A stretch of 62,703 bases of DNA, the filler included, from an uncultured bacterium (GTDB lineage Bacteria; DAOPZR01): the NCBI GenBank assembly GCA_964637655.1. It is 13 parts of 13 records of this genome, joined end to end, with 100 filler letters (N's around TTAATTAATTAA, not from the genome) between each part and the next. Parts side by side here need not be neighbours in the genome. Positions count along the whole stretch, not along the records: positions 14,952 to 19,772 come from CAZWUZ010000286.1; positions 19,873 to 24,679 come from CAZWUZ010000287.1; positions 24,780 to 29,517 come from CAZWUZ010000288.1; positions 29,618 to 34,344 come from CAZWUZ010000289.1; 9 more parts are not named here. One strand, written 5' to 3'. Below the pieces are notes generated by a model. That model had not been told where the DNA came from, searched no databases, and saw only the letters and a program-made list of their open reading frames with translations. Below, in pieces: positions 19,720 through 30,372 of the stretch. Each line of letters begins with the position of its first letter. Positions within the stretch are counted from its first letter, which is position 1. The position numbers and the translations under genes were made by a program.

Positions 19720-19872
19720 GCTATGTAGAGAAATGTCAAATGAGAAAGCGTTCATCACAACCTCACACACCGNNNNNNNNNNNNNNNNNNNNNNNNNNNN
19801 NNNNNNNNNNNNNNNNTTAATTAATTAANNNNNNNNNNNNNNNNNNNNNNNNNNNNNNNNNNNNNNNNNNNN

Positions 19873-20034
19873 GCGGTGAAAGATAAGGGAGTAACGGCTG
19901 AAGTGGTCAAGGTGACGGACCTGAACGAAATCATGAACTTCGGGGTGATGATGACCCCGGCACTGGCCATCGACGGCACGGTGAAAAGCGTCGGCAAGGT
20001 GCTGACCACGGATGAAATAAAGGCGCTGCTGTAG
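19873..20034 (+). CDS. Small redox-active disulfide protein (MTH895-like thioredoxin), 5' truncated
   Basis: Manual translation: ...AEVVKVTDLNEIMNFGVMMTPALAIDGTVKSVGKVLTTDEIKALL*. Confidence 0.85.
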   Translation, partial: AVKDKGVTAEVVKVTDLNEIMNFGVMMTPALAIDGTVKSVGKVLTTDEIKALL

Positions 20035-20047
20035 CGGCGCAAGGAGA

Positions 20048-20446
20048 ATGACCATGGCGGGAAATGGCGGCTGCTGCTGCGGCGGGGAAAAGACGCTGAT
20101 TGCGGCGTGCTCGGGCGCGGCGAATACCGGGCAGGTGGCGAACCGGCTGATGGTGGAACTCGACGATATGGGCAAGGGTGATGCTTTCTGCCTCGCGGGC
20201 ATCGGTGCCGACCTGAGCGGTTTTGTCGAGAGCGCGCGGGCGGCGCGCACGGTGGTTATTGACGGCTGCCCGGTGGCGTGCGGCAAAAAGGCCTTCGCGC
20301 GGCACAACCTGACGCCGACGGTGTATCTGGTGGTTACGGATTCGGGCGTAAAGAAGACACCTGATTATGCAAATATCGAGGCGGAGACCAAACAGGCATT
20401 GGCCTGGGCGCTCCCGCAAATGGGAGGTGCGTCATGCTGCGGATAA
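20048..20446 (+). CDS. DGC-domain zinc-binding protein
   Basis: ACSGAANTGQ, FCLAGIG, VIDGCPVAC. Confidence 0.88.
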   Translation: MTMAGNGGCCCGGEKTLIAACSGAANTGQVANRLMVELDDMGKGDAFCLAGIGADLSGFVESARAARTVVIDGCPVACGKKAFARHNLTPTVYLVVTDSGVKKTPDYANIEAETKQALAWALPQMGGASCCG

Positions 20447-21015
20447 AAAAAATAGTTTTGCTGGCCGTGCTGGCAATGGTGGCAGCGCTGTTTGCCGGCT
20501 GTCCCAGTGCGCCGCAGGAGACGTCAACGATGGACGATGCACGGACACCGCTTACCCAGGAAATGGCGAGCGAAGCGGCAGGTGCAGCGGCAGCGGAGAC
20601 AGCGATGGTGGCAGCCCCCGCGCCGGCCGCACCAGTTCCAGCTGCATCGGCCACGGCCGCAGCGGCTCCGGCTGCACCGGCAACAGCAACGACCCCGGCA
20701 AATGCCGGGACTGCGGCAACGGCAACTGCGACACCGGCGCGCCTGCCGCGACTGGTTGATGTGGGGAGCAATTCCTGCATTCCGTGCAGGATGATGGCGC
20801 CCATCCTTGAGCAGTTGAAAGCGGAATACGCGGGCCGGGCGGAGATAATCGTGATCGATCTCAATGAGGATCGGGCCGCCGGGCAGCGCTACGCGATCAG
20901 GGCGATTCCCACCCAGATTTTCTACGATGCGAATGGCAACGAAGTCAGCCGGCACGAGGGCTTTCTCCCGAAGGAGGAAATCGTCAAAATCTTCCAGCAG
21001 ATGGGGGTCAGGTAG
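20434..21015 (+). CDS. Exported thioredoxin-family lipoprotein
   Basis: Lipobox LFAGC, Ala/Pro/Thr-rich linker, CIPC, IRAIPTQIF. Confidence 0.85.
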   Translation: MLRIKKIVLLAVLAMVAALFAGCPSAPQETSTMDDARTPLTQEMASEAAGAAAAETAMVAAPAPAAPVPAASATAAAAPAAPATATTPANAGTAATATATPARLPRLVDVGSNSCIPCRMMAPILEQLKAEYAGRAEIIVIDLNEDRAAGQRYAIRAIPTQIFYDANGNEVSRHEGFLPKEEIVKIFQQMGVR

Positions 21016-21017
21016 TC

Positions 21018-21713
21018 ATGTTTGACGAGATCATGGTGCGGGTCGCCACCGGACTGACGGCGGACGGCTCTGCCGCCTACTGGGCGGCTTTCCTCTGGGG
21101 TCTCGTGAGCATCCTCTTCAGCCCCTGTTCGCTGGCGAGCATTCCGCTGATTATCGGGTATGTCGGCGGCTACGAAGAAGAGGGCAAGACCCGGCGCGCG
21201 TTCTGGTTTGCCACGGTATTCAGCACGGGCATTTTCCTCGCCATCACCGCGGTCGGGGTGATCACCGCGATGCTGGGTCGGGTGATGGGTGACATCGGCG
21301 GCGGCTGGAAATGGCTGCTGGTGGCGCTGCTCGTGGCGGTGGCGCTGGCGCTGTTCGACCTGCTCCCGCTCGGCTTCCTCTCGCGCCTGCAGCCGAAACC
21401 GGGACGCAAGGGCCTGCCCGGCGCGTTCCTGCTCGGGCTCGGCTACGGCGCGGTATCGGGGCCGTGCCTCTTCGGTTTCATGATGCCCATTCTCGCGCTG
21501 ATCGCAGTGCAGGCGTCGTTCTGGCGCGGGCTCATGCTGACGCTGATCTTCGCGCTGGCGCATTGCCTCCCCATCATCATCGGCGGTACGAGCGTGGCAT
21601 TAGTCAAGCGGCTGCTGGCGGCGAAAGCGATGGGCGTCACCTCACTGGTCTTCCGCCGCGGGGCGGGTGTACTCTTTCTGCTGGTTGCGGTGATGGTGGC
21701 GGTCAAAGCGTAA
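21018..21713 (+). CDS. CcdA/DsbD-type transmembrane thiol-disulfide transporter
   Basis: LFSPC..IPLIIGYV and SGPC motifs, about 6 TM helices. Confidence 0.85.
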   Translation: MFDEIMVRVATGLTADGSAAYWAAFLWGLVSILFSPCSLASIPLIIGYVGGYEEEGKTRRAFWFATVFSTGIFLAITAVGVITAMLGRVMGDIGGGWKWLLVALLVAVALALFDLLPLGFLSRLQPKPGRKGLPGAFLLGLGYGAVSGPCLFGFMMPILALIAVQASFWRGLMLTLIFALAHCLPIIIGGTSVALVKRLLAAKAMGVTSLVFRRGAGVLFLLVAVMVAVKA

Positions 21714-21763
21714 GCCATGCGTGCCGTTGACTGCAGTGCGCTGTCGCAAAAAAGGAGAACGAC

Positions 21764-22255
21764 ATGCACATGACTGGCATTTGCTATCGGGTGTTTGGCC
21801 TGCTGCTGCTGGGTGCCCTGCCGGCGGCGGCGGATACCGTACCGGTGGTCGCCGATACGGCGGCGATGACGACCGCCACCGCGGCAGCAGTGCTGCCGGC
21901 CGCGACCACCATCAATTCACTGACCGACCTGAATGTCTGCGCGCTGCAGTATGATGCGGTATTCGTCCATGTGCCGGGCAGTGATACCGCGGATAGCACG
22001 GCGGCGGTCGCGGCGCTACAGACGGTGCGCGAGCTGCTGCAGGGCTACGGGGTTGTCACCGGCATGCTGGTGCTGCCGGCCGATGCGGCCGGGTATGCGG
22101 AAGTCGCGGCGCAGGTGAGCGTGCCGGCAGTGGTGGTGGCGACGAAGGGGCGCGGCCTGGCAACGGTTGACGGTGCAATCAACGCGGAGCGGCTGATGCA
22201 GGCATTCCTCAGCACGCTGCGCACGGGCGGCTGCGGTTCGGGCGGCTGCAACTGA
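21764..22255 (+). CDS. Exported hypothetical protein, thioredoxin-like fold, Cys-rich tail
   Basis: Signal peptide, VSVPAVVV, ends GGCGSGGCN; in operon context. Confidence 0.6.
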   Translation: MHMTGICYRVFGLLLLGALPAAADTVPVVADTAAMTTATAAAVLPAATTINSLTDLNVCALQYDAVFVHVPGSDTADSTAAVAALQTVRELLQGYGVVTGMLVLPADAAGYAEVAAQVSVPAVVVATKGRGLATVDGAINAERLMQAFLSTLRTGGCGSGGCN

Positions 22256-22301
22256 GCCGGCCTCCCGGGCCCGACCGTCAGGAAAACCTAAGGAGGCATG
22301 C

Positions 22302-23387
22302 ATGGAAAAAGTCAGCGGAAAACTGTCGTTTCTCGACCGGTACCTGACGCTGTGGATCTTCCTCGCCATGGCGCTCGGGGTTGGCGGCGGCTACCTGTTC
22401 CCCGGCGTCAACGCGTTCATCGAGCGGTTCTCCATCGGGACGACCTCGATCCCCATCGCCATCGGGCTGATCGTGATGATGTACCCGCCGTTTACCAAGG
22501 TGCGCTACGAGGAACTGCCGCGGGTGTTCCGCAACACGCGCGTGCTCATGCTCTCGCTGGTGCAGAACTGGGTGGTCGGCCCGATCCTGATGTTCGCGCT
22601 GGCGCTGCTCTTTCTGCGCGGCGCTCCCGAGTATTTCATCGGGCTGATCCTTATCGGGCTGGCGCGCTGCATCGCCATGGTCATCGTCTGGAACGACCTG
22701 GCGGACGGCGACCGCGAATACGCGGCGGGACTGGTCGCCTTCAATTCCATCTTCCAGGTGTTTCTCTACTCGGTCTATGCGTGGTTCTTCATCAAGGTGG
22801 CGCCGGGCTGGTTCGGTTTCGACTTCGGCAATGTCGACCTGTCGGGCATCACCATCGGTTCCATCGCGCAAAGCGTGTTCATTTATCTCGGCATCCCGTT
22901 CATCGCCGGCCTGCTCACCCGCTACCTGCTGCTCAAGGTAAAGACGCGGGAATGGTATGACACGAAGTTTATCCCGGCAGTGAGTCCGCTGACGCTGATC
23001 GCGCTGCTCTTCACCATCGTGGTGATGTTCGCGCTGCAGGGGAAGAATATCGTCGAGCGGCCGCTGGATGTCGGGCTGATCGCCATCCCGCTGCTGCTCT
23101 ACTTCGTCATCATGTTTGTCGTCAGTTTCTTCATGAGTTACAAATTGAAAGCGGATTACGGGCAGGCGACGACACTGTCGTTCACCGCGGCGAGCAACAA
23201 CTTCGAACTGGCCATCGCGGTGGCGGTGGGTATATTCAGCATCAACCACGGGGCGGCGCTGGCGGCGGTGATCGGACCATTAGTCGAGGTGCCGGTGATG
23301 CTCGGGCTCGTGCATCTTGCCTTCTGGTTCGGCCGGAAATATTACGGGCGTCAGCCGCAGGTAATCACCTGCAGCGACGGCAGATGA
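22302..23387 (+). CDS. acr3: ACR3-family arsenite efflux transporter
   Basis: [52 protein letters not shown]. Confidence 0.95.
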   Translation: MEKVSGKLSFLDRYLTLWIFLAMALGVGGGYLFPGVNAFIERFSIGTTSIPIAIGLIVMMYPPFTKVRYEELPRVFRNTRVLMLSLVQNWVVGPILMFALALLFLRGAPEYFIGLILIGLARCIAMVIVWNDLADGDREYAAGLVAFNSIFQVFLYSVYAWFFIKVAPGWFGFDFGNVDLSGITIGSIAQSVFIYLGIPFIAGLLTRYLLLKVKTREWYDTKFIPAVSPLTLIALLFTIVVMFALQGKNIVERPLDVGLIAIPLLLYFVIMFVVSFFMSYKLKADYGQATTLSFTAASNNFELAIAVAVGIFSINHGAALAAVIGPLVEVPVMLGLVHLAFWFGRKYYGRQPQVITCSDGR

Positions 23388-23914
23388 ACGACCCGGTCGC
23401 CGCGCTGCGCGCCATCTACCCGGACGAACCGGGGGTGCAGTATACGAAGGACGGCAGCGGGCTGTTCGTCCCGTCGCCATGGGCAACCGCGCACGCCGCG
23501 CTGCAGGCGGCGGGTGTGGGCAGCGGCACGCGCTTCCTCGATCTCGGGTCGGGGGACGGGCGCGTCGTGGCGCTGGCGGCGCTGCTCGGGGCTGACGCGC
23601 ATGGCATTGAGCACGATGCCGCGCTGCACGAACGGGCAGAGGCGCTGGCAGCGCGCGTGCGGGAACAATTTCCCGCGGTGCGTCTGACCCTGCGGCAGGG
23701 AGACCTGCTGCAGGCGGAACTTGCTGCCGACGCGCTGTTCTATTATGCCGGCGGTTGTGTCGACCGGCAACCGGAACTGTACGCGCGGCTGGCGGCGGTG
23801 CCGCACGGTACGCGGGTGCTGATCATGCGCACGCAGCGGCAACCGGAAATCGCACTGCCGCTGTCGGCGCGGTCACAGCCGCCCTACTTCTATCTGTTTA
23901 CCAGGGAGGAATGA
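23384..23914 (+). CDS. Small class I SAM methyltransferase
   Basis: [21 protein letters not shown]; overlaps the acr3 stop (ATGA). Confidence 0.75.
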   Translation: MNDPVAALRAIYPDEPGVQYTKDGSGLFVPSPWATAHAALQAAGVGSGTRFLDLGSGDGRVVALAALLGADAHGIEHDAALHERAEALAARVREQFPAVRLTLRQGDLLQAELAADALFYYAGGCVDRQPELYARLAAVPHGTRVLIMRTQRQPEIALPLSARSQPPYFYLFTREE

Positions 23915-23915
23915 G

Positions 23916-24323
23916 ATGCAGCGAATACTGTTTTTGTGCACGGGCAATGCCTGCCGGTCGCAACTGGCGGAAGCGCTCGCCACTCATTTCCATGGTGACC
24001 GGCTGCAGGCGGTGAGTGCGGGGACGCAACCTGCCGGCGTGCATCCGCGCGCGGTGGCGGTGCTGGCGGAACTGGGCATTGACTGGTCGCAGGCGCGGTC
24101 AAAGAATGTGAGTGAGTTTGCCGGCCAGCAATTCGATTATATCATCACACTCTGCGGCAACGCGCAGCAGGTCTGCCCGTTCTTTCCCGGGGAGGCGCAA
24201 CGGCTGCACTGGGGGCTGCCCGATCCGGCAGCAGCAACAGGAACCGACGACGGGATCATGGCGGCATTTCGCGCGGTGCGCGACGACATACGACTACGGC
24301 TGCAGGGACTGGTGCAGGCATGA
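23916..24323 (+). CDS. arsC: Thioredoxin-coupled arsenate reductase (LMW-PTP fold)
   Basis: LFLCTGNACRSQLAE, ITLC...CP, HWGLPDPA. Confidence 0.92.
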   Translation: MQRILFLCTGNACRSQLAEALATHFHGDRLQAVSAGTQPAGVHPRAVAVLAELGIDWSQARSKNVSEFAGQQFDYIITLCGNAQQVCPFFPGEAQRLHWGLPDPAAATGTDDGIMAAFRAVRDDIRLRLQGLVQA

Positions 24324-24679
24324 GCACGGAACAGGATGACAAGGTGCGCGCGGCGGTGCGAGATACGTACGGGAAGATAGCGACGGAGGGGCAGACAGGG
24401 TGCGGCTGCGCGCCCGGCTGCTGCAGCACGGGGGGAACCCCGACGCCGGCGGCAACGCTCGGCTATTCGGCGGCGGAAGCGGCGGCGGCGCCGGCGGGCG
24501 CTGACCTCGGGCTCGGCTGCGGCAACCCGCAGGCCATCGCGTCGCTGCGCCCCGGCGAGACGGTGCTCGATCTCGGCAGCGGCGCCGGGTTCGACTGCTT
24601 TATCGCGGCGCGCGCGGTTGGCCCGGCGGGGAAAGTCATCGGCGTGGACATGACGCCGGCGATGGTGGAGAAGGCGCGG
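24320..24679 (+). CDS. arsM: Arsenite S-adenosylmethionine methyltransferase (3' truncated)
   Basis: GLGCGNP, VLDLGSGAGFDCF, VIGVDMTPAM. Confidence 0.92.
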
Positions 24680-24779
24680 NNNNNNNNNNNNNNNNNNNNN
24701 NNNNNNNNNNNNNNNNNNNNNNNTTAATTAATTAANNNNNNNNNNNNNNNNNNNNNNNNNNNNNNNNNNNNNNNNNNNN

Positions 24780-25517
24780 AGCACCGATGACACCGGCCGG
24801 CTGCTGGCGGCACAGTCCGTCCCCGCGCGCGTCATCACCAATCCCGCCTGCTCGGGCTACGGGTTTTCGCTCAAGCGCGGGCTGCGCGCCGCCACCACGG
24901 ACTGGATCGGCATCATCGATGCCGACGGCACCTATCCCATCGACCGCCTCCCCGACCTGTGGCAGCACCATGCGCAGTATGACATGGTCGTCGGGGCGCG
25001 CACCGGGGAGCGCGTTTCCATCCCGACCCTGCGCAAGCCCGCCAAGTGGTTCATCGGGCAGCTCGCCAACTACCTCGCCGGCTGCCACATCCCCGACCTC
25101 AACTCGGGGCTGCGGATTTTCCGCCGTTCGCTCGCCCTGGCCTTCATCAACATTCTCCCCGACGGCTTTTCCTTCACTACGACCATCACGCTGGCCGCGC
25201 TCACCTCGGGCCACATGGTGCACTACCTGCCCATCGACTACTACAAGCGGCACGGGTCATCGAAAATCAGGTTCTATCACACCCTCGATTTCTCGCTGCT
25301 CGTCATCCGCCTCATCACCTATTTCAAGCCGCTCAAGATTTTCTTTCCCTTTGCCGCGCTTCTCGTCACCCTCGGCTTTGCCCGCCTGGTCGTGCGCCTG
25401 GCCGAAGGTTCCAGCACGGGCGAGGCGACCATCCTGCTCTTCGTCACCGGCATCCAGGTCGGCCTCATCGGCCTCGTTGCCGACATGCTGGTCAAAAGCC
25501 GCGGCGTCAGTTCCTGA
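24780..25517 (+). CDS. Glycosyltransferase family 2 (DPM/DPG-synthase-like), 5' truncated
   Basis: GYGFSLKRG, IIDADGTYP, DLNSGLR, C-terminal TM helices. Confidence 0.85.
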   Translation, partial: STDDTGRLLAAQSVPARVITNPACSGYGFSLKRGLRAATTDWIGIIDADGTYPIDRLPDLWQHHAQYDMVVGARTGERVSIPTLRKPAKWFIGQLANYLAGCHIPDLNSGLRIFRRSLALAFINILPDGFSFTTTITLAALTSGHMVHYLPIDYYKRHGSSKIRFYHTLDFSLLVIRLITYFKPLKIFFPFAALLVTLGFARLVVRLAEGSSTGEATILLFVTGIQVGLIGLVADMLVKSRGVSS

Positions 25518-25528
25518 CCGCACCGCCG

Positions 25529-26578
25529 ATGCGCATCGCGCTTGACGGCCGCGAAAGCGACGCCCCGCACGGCATCGGGCGCGTCCTGCACCATCTGCTG
25601 CGCCACCTGCACGAACATCCGCCCGCGGATGACGTGGTACTGTTCACCGCGTCACCCCGCACGACTGTCCCCGCCCCGCTGCGTGCCCTGCCACTCACCC
25701 GCACGGACTGGTGGCGTCTCGGCGCCGTCCTGCGCCGCGAGCGCATCGACGCCTTCTACTCCCCCTACTACAAGCTGCCGCGCGGTTTTGCCGGGCGCGC
25801 GGTCTGCACCGTCCATGACCTCGGGTTTCTCGTTTACCCGCAGGCACGCTACACCCGCGGTCCGCTCTACCGCCTCGTCGCGCGCCGGCGCCTGGACTAC
25901 GCCCTGCGCCGCGCCGACGCCATTGTCACCGTGTCGCCGTTCAGCCGCGACGAGCTGCTCCACCATACCGCCGCCCCGCCGGAACACATCCGCGTCATCC
26001 CTTCCGGCTACGATGCGGGGGCCTATACGCCCGGCCCCGCCGACCCGGCCGTGCTCACGCGCCTCGGCCTCACGCCACCGTACCTGCTTTATGTCGGCAA
26101 CTGTACCCCGCACAAACGTGTCGACCTGCTGCTGCAGGCGCGCCGCCTGGACCCCGCCATGCGCGCGGTGATTGTCAGCGCCCCCGGCCCGCATCGTGAC
26201 GCGCTGCGCGCGCGGTTTCCCGAACCCGAAGTGCTCTGGCCCGGCGCGCTCCCCGATACCGATCTGGCCGCGCTCTACCGCGGCGCCGCCTGCTTCGTTT
26301 TTCCTTCCGACTACGAGGGGTTCGGCATCCCTCCGGTCGAAGCGCTCGCCTGCGGCTGTCCCGTCGTCGCCACCCGCAGCGCCGCGCTCCCCGGCACCCT
26401 GCAGGATGCCGCGTACTGGGTGGAGCCGTCACCTGCCGCACTTGCCGCCGGCTGGCAGCAGGTCATTGCCGATGCTGCGCTGCGCGCGCGGCTGCTGGCT
26501 GCCGCCACGCCGCTGCTGACCCGCTACCGCCATGACGTGGTCGGCCGGCAGTTGTGGGAGGTCATTCGCGGTGCGTGA
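25529..26578 (+). CDS. Glycosyltransferase family 4
   Basis: MRIALDGR, TVHD, FPSDYEGFGIPPVEALACG. Confidence 0.9.
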   Translation: MRIALDGRESDAPHGIGRVLHHLLRHLHEHPPADDVVLFTASPRTTVPAPLRALPLTRTDWWRLGAVLRRERIDAFYSPYYKLPRGFAGRAVCTVHDLGFLVYPQARYTRGPLYRLVARRRLDYALRRADAIVTVSPFSRDELLHHTAAPPEHIRVIPSGYDAGAYTPGPADPAVLTRLGLTPPYLLYVGNCTPHKRVDLLLQARRLDPAMRAVIVSAPGPHRDALRARFPEPEVLWPGALPDTDLAALYRGAACFVFPSDYEGFGIPPVEALACGCPVVATRSAALPGTLQDAAYWVEPSPAALAAGWQQVIADAALRARLLAAATPLLTRYRHDVVGRQLWEVIRGA

Positions 26579-27512
26579 CCGCGCGCTGCTCATCACCTTC
26601 GGCGGTCTCGGCAATGCCGTGCTCCTCTCGCCGCTCTATGCCGCGCTCGCTCCCCGCATGCCGGTCGACATACTCTACTCGGCACCCGTGGTGCGCGAGT
26701 ATTTCGCTGCCGCGCCCGGCGGCGGTGAACTGCTCGCCTGGGCGGATACCGGCTGGAAGGGTCTCTGGCAGCAGCGCGGGCGCTGGTCGCACGCGGTTGT
26801 GGCTGCTGCCATGTCACCGCTGCGCGGCGCTGCCCTTGCCTTGTGCAGCGGCGCTGCACACCGTATCGGCGAAGGATACTTCGGGTTCACCGTCCCCGTC
26901 GCCGTCCGCCGGCCCGAAGAGCACGAACTGCAGCGCAATCTGAATCTTGCCGCCGCGGCCGGTTTTGCCGCGCTGCCGCAGCCGCTGGTGTGGGCCGCCA
27001 CCCGCGACGTCGTCCCGCCGCTCCCCGCGCGTTACGTTGCCCTGCATGCGGGGTGCGGCGACCGCCTGCGCGGCAAGCGCTGGCCGCTCGAGCGTTTCGC
27101 CGCGGTCACCCGCGAGCTGACCGCTGCCGGCATTTCCGTCGTCGCGGTCGGCGGTCCTGACGAATGCGGGCTGGGCGCAACGCTCGACGCCGCCGGTGCG
27201 CTTGACCTGACCGGCAAACTGACGCTGGCGAAAACCGCTGGCGTGCTGCGCGAGGCCGCGCTCTATCTCGGTAACGACAGCGGCCTCATGCATCTTGCCG
27301 CCGCGACCGGCACGCGCTGCCTCGCCCTCTTCGGACCCACGCGCGAAACCAAGAATGCCCCGTGGGGTGACAGTCACCGCGTGCTGACCGCGTCCGTTGC
27401 CTGCCGCCCCTGCTACCGCAACCGCCCCATCGATTGCCGCCACGGTTTCGCCTGCCTGCAGGATATCACCGTCGCGCAGGTTGTCAGTGCCGTGCAGGAG
27501 ATGCTGGCATGA
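26571..27512 (+). CDS. Glycosyltransferase family 9 (heptosyltransferase-like)
   Basis: GLGNAVL, KRWPLERF, GNDSGLMHLAAA, ALFGPT. Confidence 0.9.
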   Translation: MRDRALLITFGGLGNAVLLSPLYAALAPRMPVDILYSAPVVREYFAAAPGGGELLAWADTGWKGLWQQRGRWSHAVVAAAMSPLRGAALALCSGAAHRIGEGYFGFTVPVAVRRPEEHELQRNLNLAAAAGFAALPQPLVWAATRDVVPPLPARYVALHAGCGDRLRGKRWPLERFAAVTRELTAAGISVVAVGGPDECGLGATLDAAGALDLTGKLTLAKTAGVLREAALYLGNDSGLMHLAAATGTRCLALFGPTRETKNAPWGDSHRVLTASVACRPCYRNRPIDCRHGFACLQDITVAQVVSAVQEMLA

Positions 27513-28408
27513 AACTGGTCTGCCCGCTGCATCATGTCGCTGACCCGGTCGCCCCCGGACGGGTCCCCGCCTGCCTGCCGGGCGGCCTCGCCCGCTGCCC
27601 GCATTGCGACTGCGAGTTTCAGGCGCACTACACCCCCCCCGCTTACGATACGACCTATTATGCCGGTGCGGAATATCACGCGGTGCGTCGCCGCGAAGAT
27701 GCGCGCAAGGCCGCACGTCTCTGGCGTCTTATCGCTGCCGCCGCCCCACGCCCGGGACGCTGGCTGGAGATCGGCCCCGGGCTCGGGCTGCTCACCGCGC
27801 AGGCACGCGCTGCCGGCTGGCAGACCGAAGTGGTCGAACCCGTCGCCGCGCTGCACCCGCACTACACCGGCAGCATCATCCACGCCACTCCCTTCGAAAC
27901 CGCCGCCATCACGCCGGGTATCGACTGCATCGTCATGGCCGACGTCATCGAACACTTCACCGAACCGCTGGCCATGCTGCAGCGCGCCGCGTCGCTCGCC
28001 GCGCCCGGCGGCCTCCTCGTCATCGAAACCCCGAACCGCGCAAGCAGCTGGGCGCGTCTCGCGGGCAGCGAGTGGGTCGGCTACTCGCCATTCCACTCCT
28101 TCTTCTTCACTCCCGCCTGCCTCAACGGGCTGCTGCCCCGGTCTGGTTGGCAACTGCAGCATCAGTTGACCTCCCCGCCCGACCTGTTCTCGCTTGACGC
28201 GCTCTGGCGGAGCGGCCTGCAAGGCCGCCTGCGCGCGCGCGTGCAGCGTGCAAACGGTCCGCCGGGGCGCGGGCTGCGCAACCGCCTGCTGCAGTCACCG
28301 TTCTACTGGGCCGCGGTCGACACGCTCAATGTCATACCCAACCTGCTGCTGCGTCCCCTCTGGCAGGGCGACCAGCTCTACCTCGTTGCGCGAAAGCCGG
28401 CAGCATGA
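27509..28408 (+). CDS. Class I SAM methyltransferase with N-terminal Cys cluster
   Basis: RCPHC, LEIGPGLG, DVIEHF, IETPN. Confidence 0.85.
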   Translation: MKLVCPLHHVADPVAPGRVPACLPGGLARCPHCDCEFQAHYTPPAYDTTYYAGAEYHAVRRREDARKAARLWRLIAAAAPRPGRWLEIGPGLGLLTAQARAAGWQTEVVEPVAALHPHYTGSIIHATPFETAAITPGIDCIVMADVIEHFTEPLAMLQRAASLAAPGGLLVIETPNRASSWARLAGSEWVGYSPFHSFFFTPACLNGLLPRSGWQLQHQLTSPPDLFSLDALWRSGLQGRLRARVQRANGPPGRGLRNRLLQSPFYWAAVDTLNVIPNLLLRPLWQGDQLYLVARKPAA

Positions 28409-29517
28409 CCGCGCCCGTTCGTGTCCTCCATATCCACACCCTCCCCGTCTGGAGCGGGTCGGGCATCAATACCTTCCTGTCGATGAAACTGCTCCCGCCG
28501 CGCTATACCGCGGCCCTTGCCTGTGCGCCGGGCGGGCGTCTCGAGGACGAAGTGCGCGCCGCCGGCATGGCCTTCTTTTCCGTTCCCGCCTTTACCGGCC
28601 CGTTATCACCGGTCAGGGATGTCCTCGCCCTGCTGCAGCTGCTGCGCCTGCTGCGCCGCGAAAAGTTTTCCGTCGTGCACACGCACAATTCCAAGGCGGG
28701 GTTTCTCGGGCGGCTCGCCGCGCACCTTGCCGGCATCCCCTGCATCGTCCACACCATCCACGGTTTTGCCTTCCACGACTGCGAATCAGCATGGCGTCGC
28801 CGCCTCTTCGTCGGCTGTGAACGGCTCGCCGCACGCTGGTGCCACGCCCTGATTGCCATCTCGCAGCCGATGATCGACTGGGCCGCACAGGAGCATATCG
28901 CCCCGGGCCGCACCATCGAGAAGATTTACAGCGGCATCGAAGTCGATGCCTTTGCCGCCGCTGCGCCGCATCCGGCCATCCGCCGCGAAGCGGGTTGGAC
29001 CGCTACCGACCTCGTCATCGGTTTTGTCGCCAAATTATGGGATGGGAAGGGGCATGCCGATGCGCTGACTGCGCTGGCACAGGCACGCCGCACGGAGCCG
29101 CGCCTCAAGCTGCTGCTCATCGGCGAAGGCCCGCTCGAACCGGCACTGCGCGCGCAGGCCGCGTCGCTGGCACTTGGCGACAGTGTCTGTTTCGCCGGGT
29201 TCCGTACTGATATTCCCGCACTCACCGCTGCCTGCGATATCTGCATCCTGCCATCGTATTTCGAGGGGATGGGGCGCGTCGTACTCGAGGGGATGGCTGC
29301 CGGCAAACCGGTCAGTGCTTCGCGCGTGGGGGGCATCGTCGAACTCATCCGTGACGGCGAGACCGGGTTATTCATTACCCCCGGCCGGCCGGAGGAACTG
29401 GCTGCCGCGCTGCTGCGCCTTGCCGCCGACCCGGCGCTGCGCGCCCGCCTCGGCGCTGCCGCCCGTCAGGCGGTCAGCGCGGAGTTTTCCGCGCACAACA
29501 TGGCCGACCGCATCGTC
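28405..29517 (+). CDS. Glycosyltransferase family 4 (3' truncated)
   Basis: VHTHNSKAG, HTIHG, LPSYFEGMGRVVLEGMAAG. Confidence 0.9.
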
Positions 29518-29617
29518 NNNNNNNNNNNNNNNNNNNNNNNNNNNNNNNNNNNNNNNNNNNNTTAATTAATTAANNNNNNNNNNNNNNNNNNNNNNNNNNN
29601 NNNNNNNNNNNNNNNNN

Positions 29618-29735
29618 GCAGCGCCCGCAGCGCCGCCACTTCCCCCTCGTAGAGCGCGCGATGCTCGTCGTACCACGCGTCATATTCCGCCGCGCGCACG
29701 GCAAACACCTGCCAGCCGGGTGCGCGCTCAGTCAC
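29618..29735 (-). CDS. Class I SAM methyltransferase, N-terminal fragment
   Basis: Manual translation from GTG 29735: MTERAPGWQVFAVRAAEYDAWYDEHRALYEGEVAALRAL (EYDxWY motif). Confidence 0.6.
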
Positions 29736-30372
29736 GACGCTTCACCGCGAGCAGCAGCCAGTGCGTGTCATTTTCCCGCACCGTCAGCCGGTAGCCGCGC
29801 CGCGCCAGCCGCCGCCGCATGGATGCCAGCGTCAGCGGTGACAGACGATGCCGCCGCCCCTCGCCGCGGTGAATGCCCGCCACCACCCGCTGCCCGTGCG
29901 CGTTGAGATCAGCCAGCACCAGTTTCCCGCCCGGCTTGAGCACGCGGTCGAAGGTACGGCAGAGCGCCGTCCCGTCATGCAGATGGTGCAGCGCGTCAAT
30001 CATGATGATGGTCCCCACACTGGCGTCGGGAAAGTCCAGCGCGTAGGCATCCATCTGCCGCAGCGTCACCCGCGAGCGCAGCCGCGCATGGGCGAGATTG
30101 AGCGCCGCGATGTGCAGCGTGGTGCGGTCTCGGTCGACCGAGGTGAAGGTATGGCCCGCGCGGGCGAGCGCCAGCGCGGTCAGCCCGCGCCCCGTGCCGA
30201 TCTCCAGCAGCGGCTGGCGCAGTTTTCCCGACTGCGCGAGCACGAAACGCCGCACCAGCGCGTGGTCGAGCCCGTGCCGCCGGAAAAGTTCGCGCCGCTG
30301 CTGCAATCGCGCATGGTTGGCGCGTATCGCCGCCGCGCTGAGGCGCGGGGCCACCGTACGCCGGTCGCTCAT
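29728..30372 (-). CDS. Class I SAM methyltransferase
   Basis: LEIGTGRG, MDAYALDFPD, LHH, RVLKPGG. Confidence 0.85.
   Translation of the reverse strand: MSDRRTVAPRLSAAAIRANHARLQQRRELFRRHGLDHALVRRFVLAQSGKLRQPLLEIGTGRGLTALALARAGHTFTSVDRDRTTLHIAALNLAHARLRSRVTLRQMDAYALDFPDASVGTIIMIDALHHLHDGTALCRTFDRVLKPGGKLVLADLNAHGQRVVAGIHRGEGRRHRLSPLTLASMRRRLARRGYRLTVRENDTHWLLLAVKRRD

Noticed and set aside
20048..24679. Possible selenocysteine recoding in DGC, thioredoxin or ArsM proteins
   Set aside because: All relevant positions seen are Cys codons, with no in-frame TGA.
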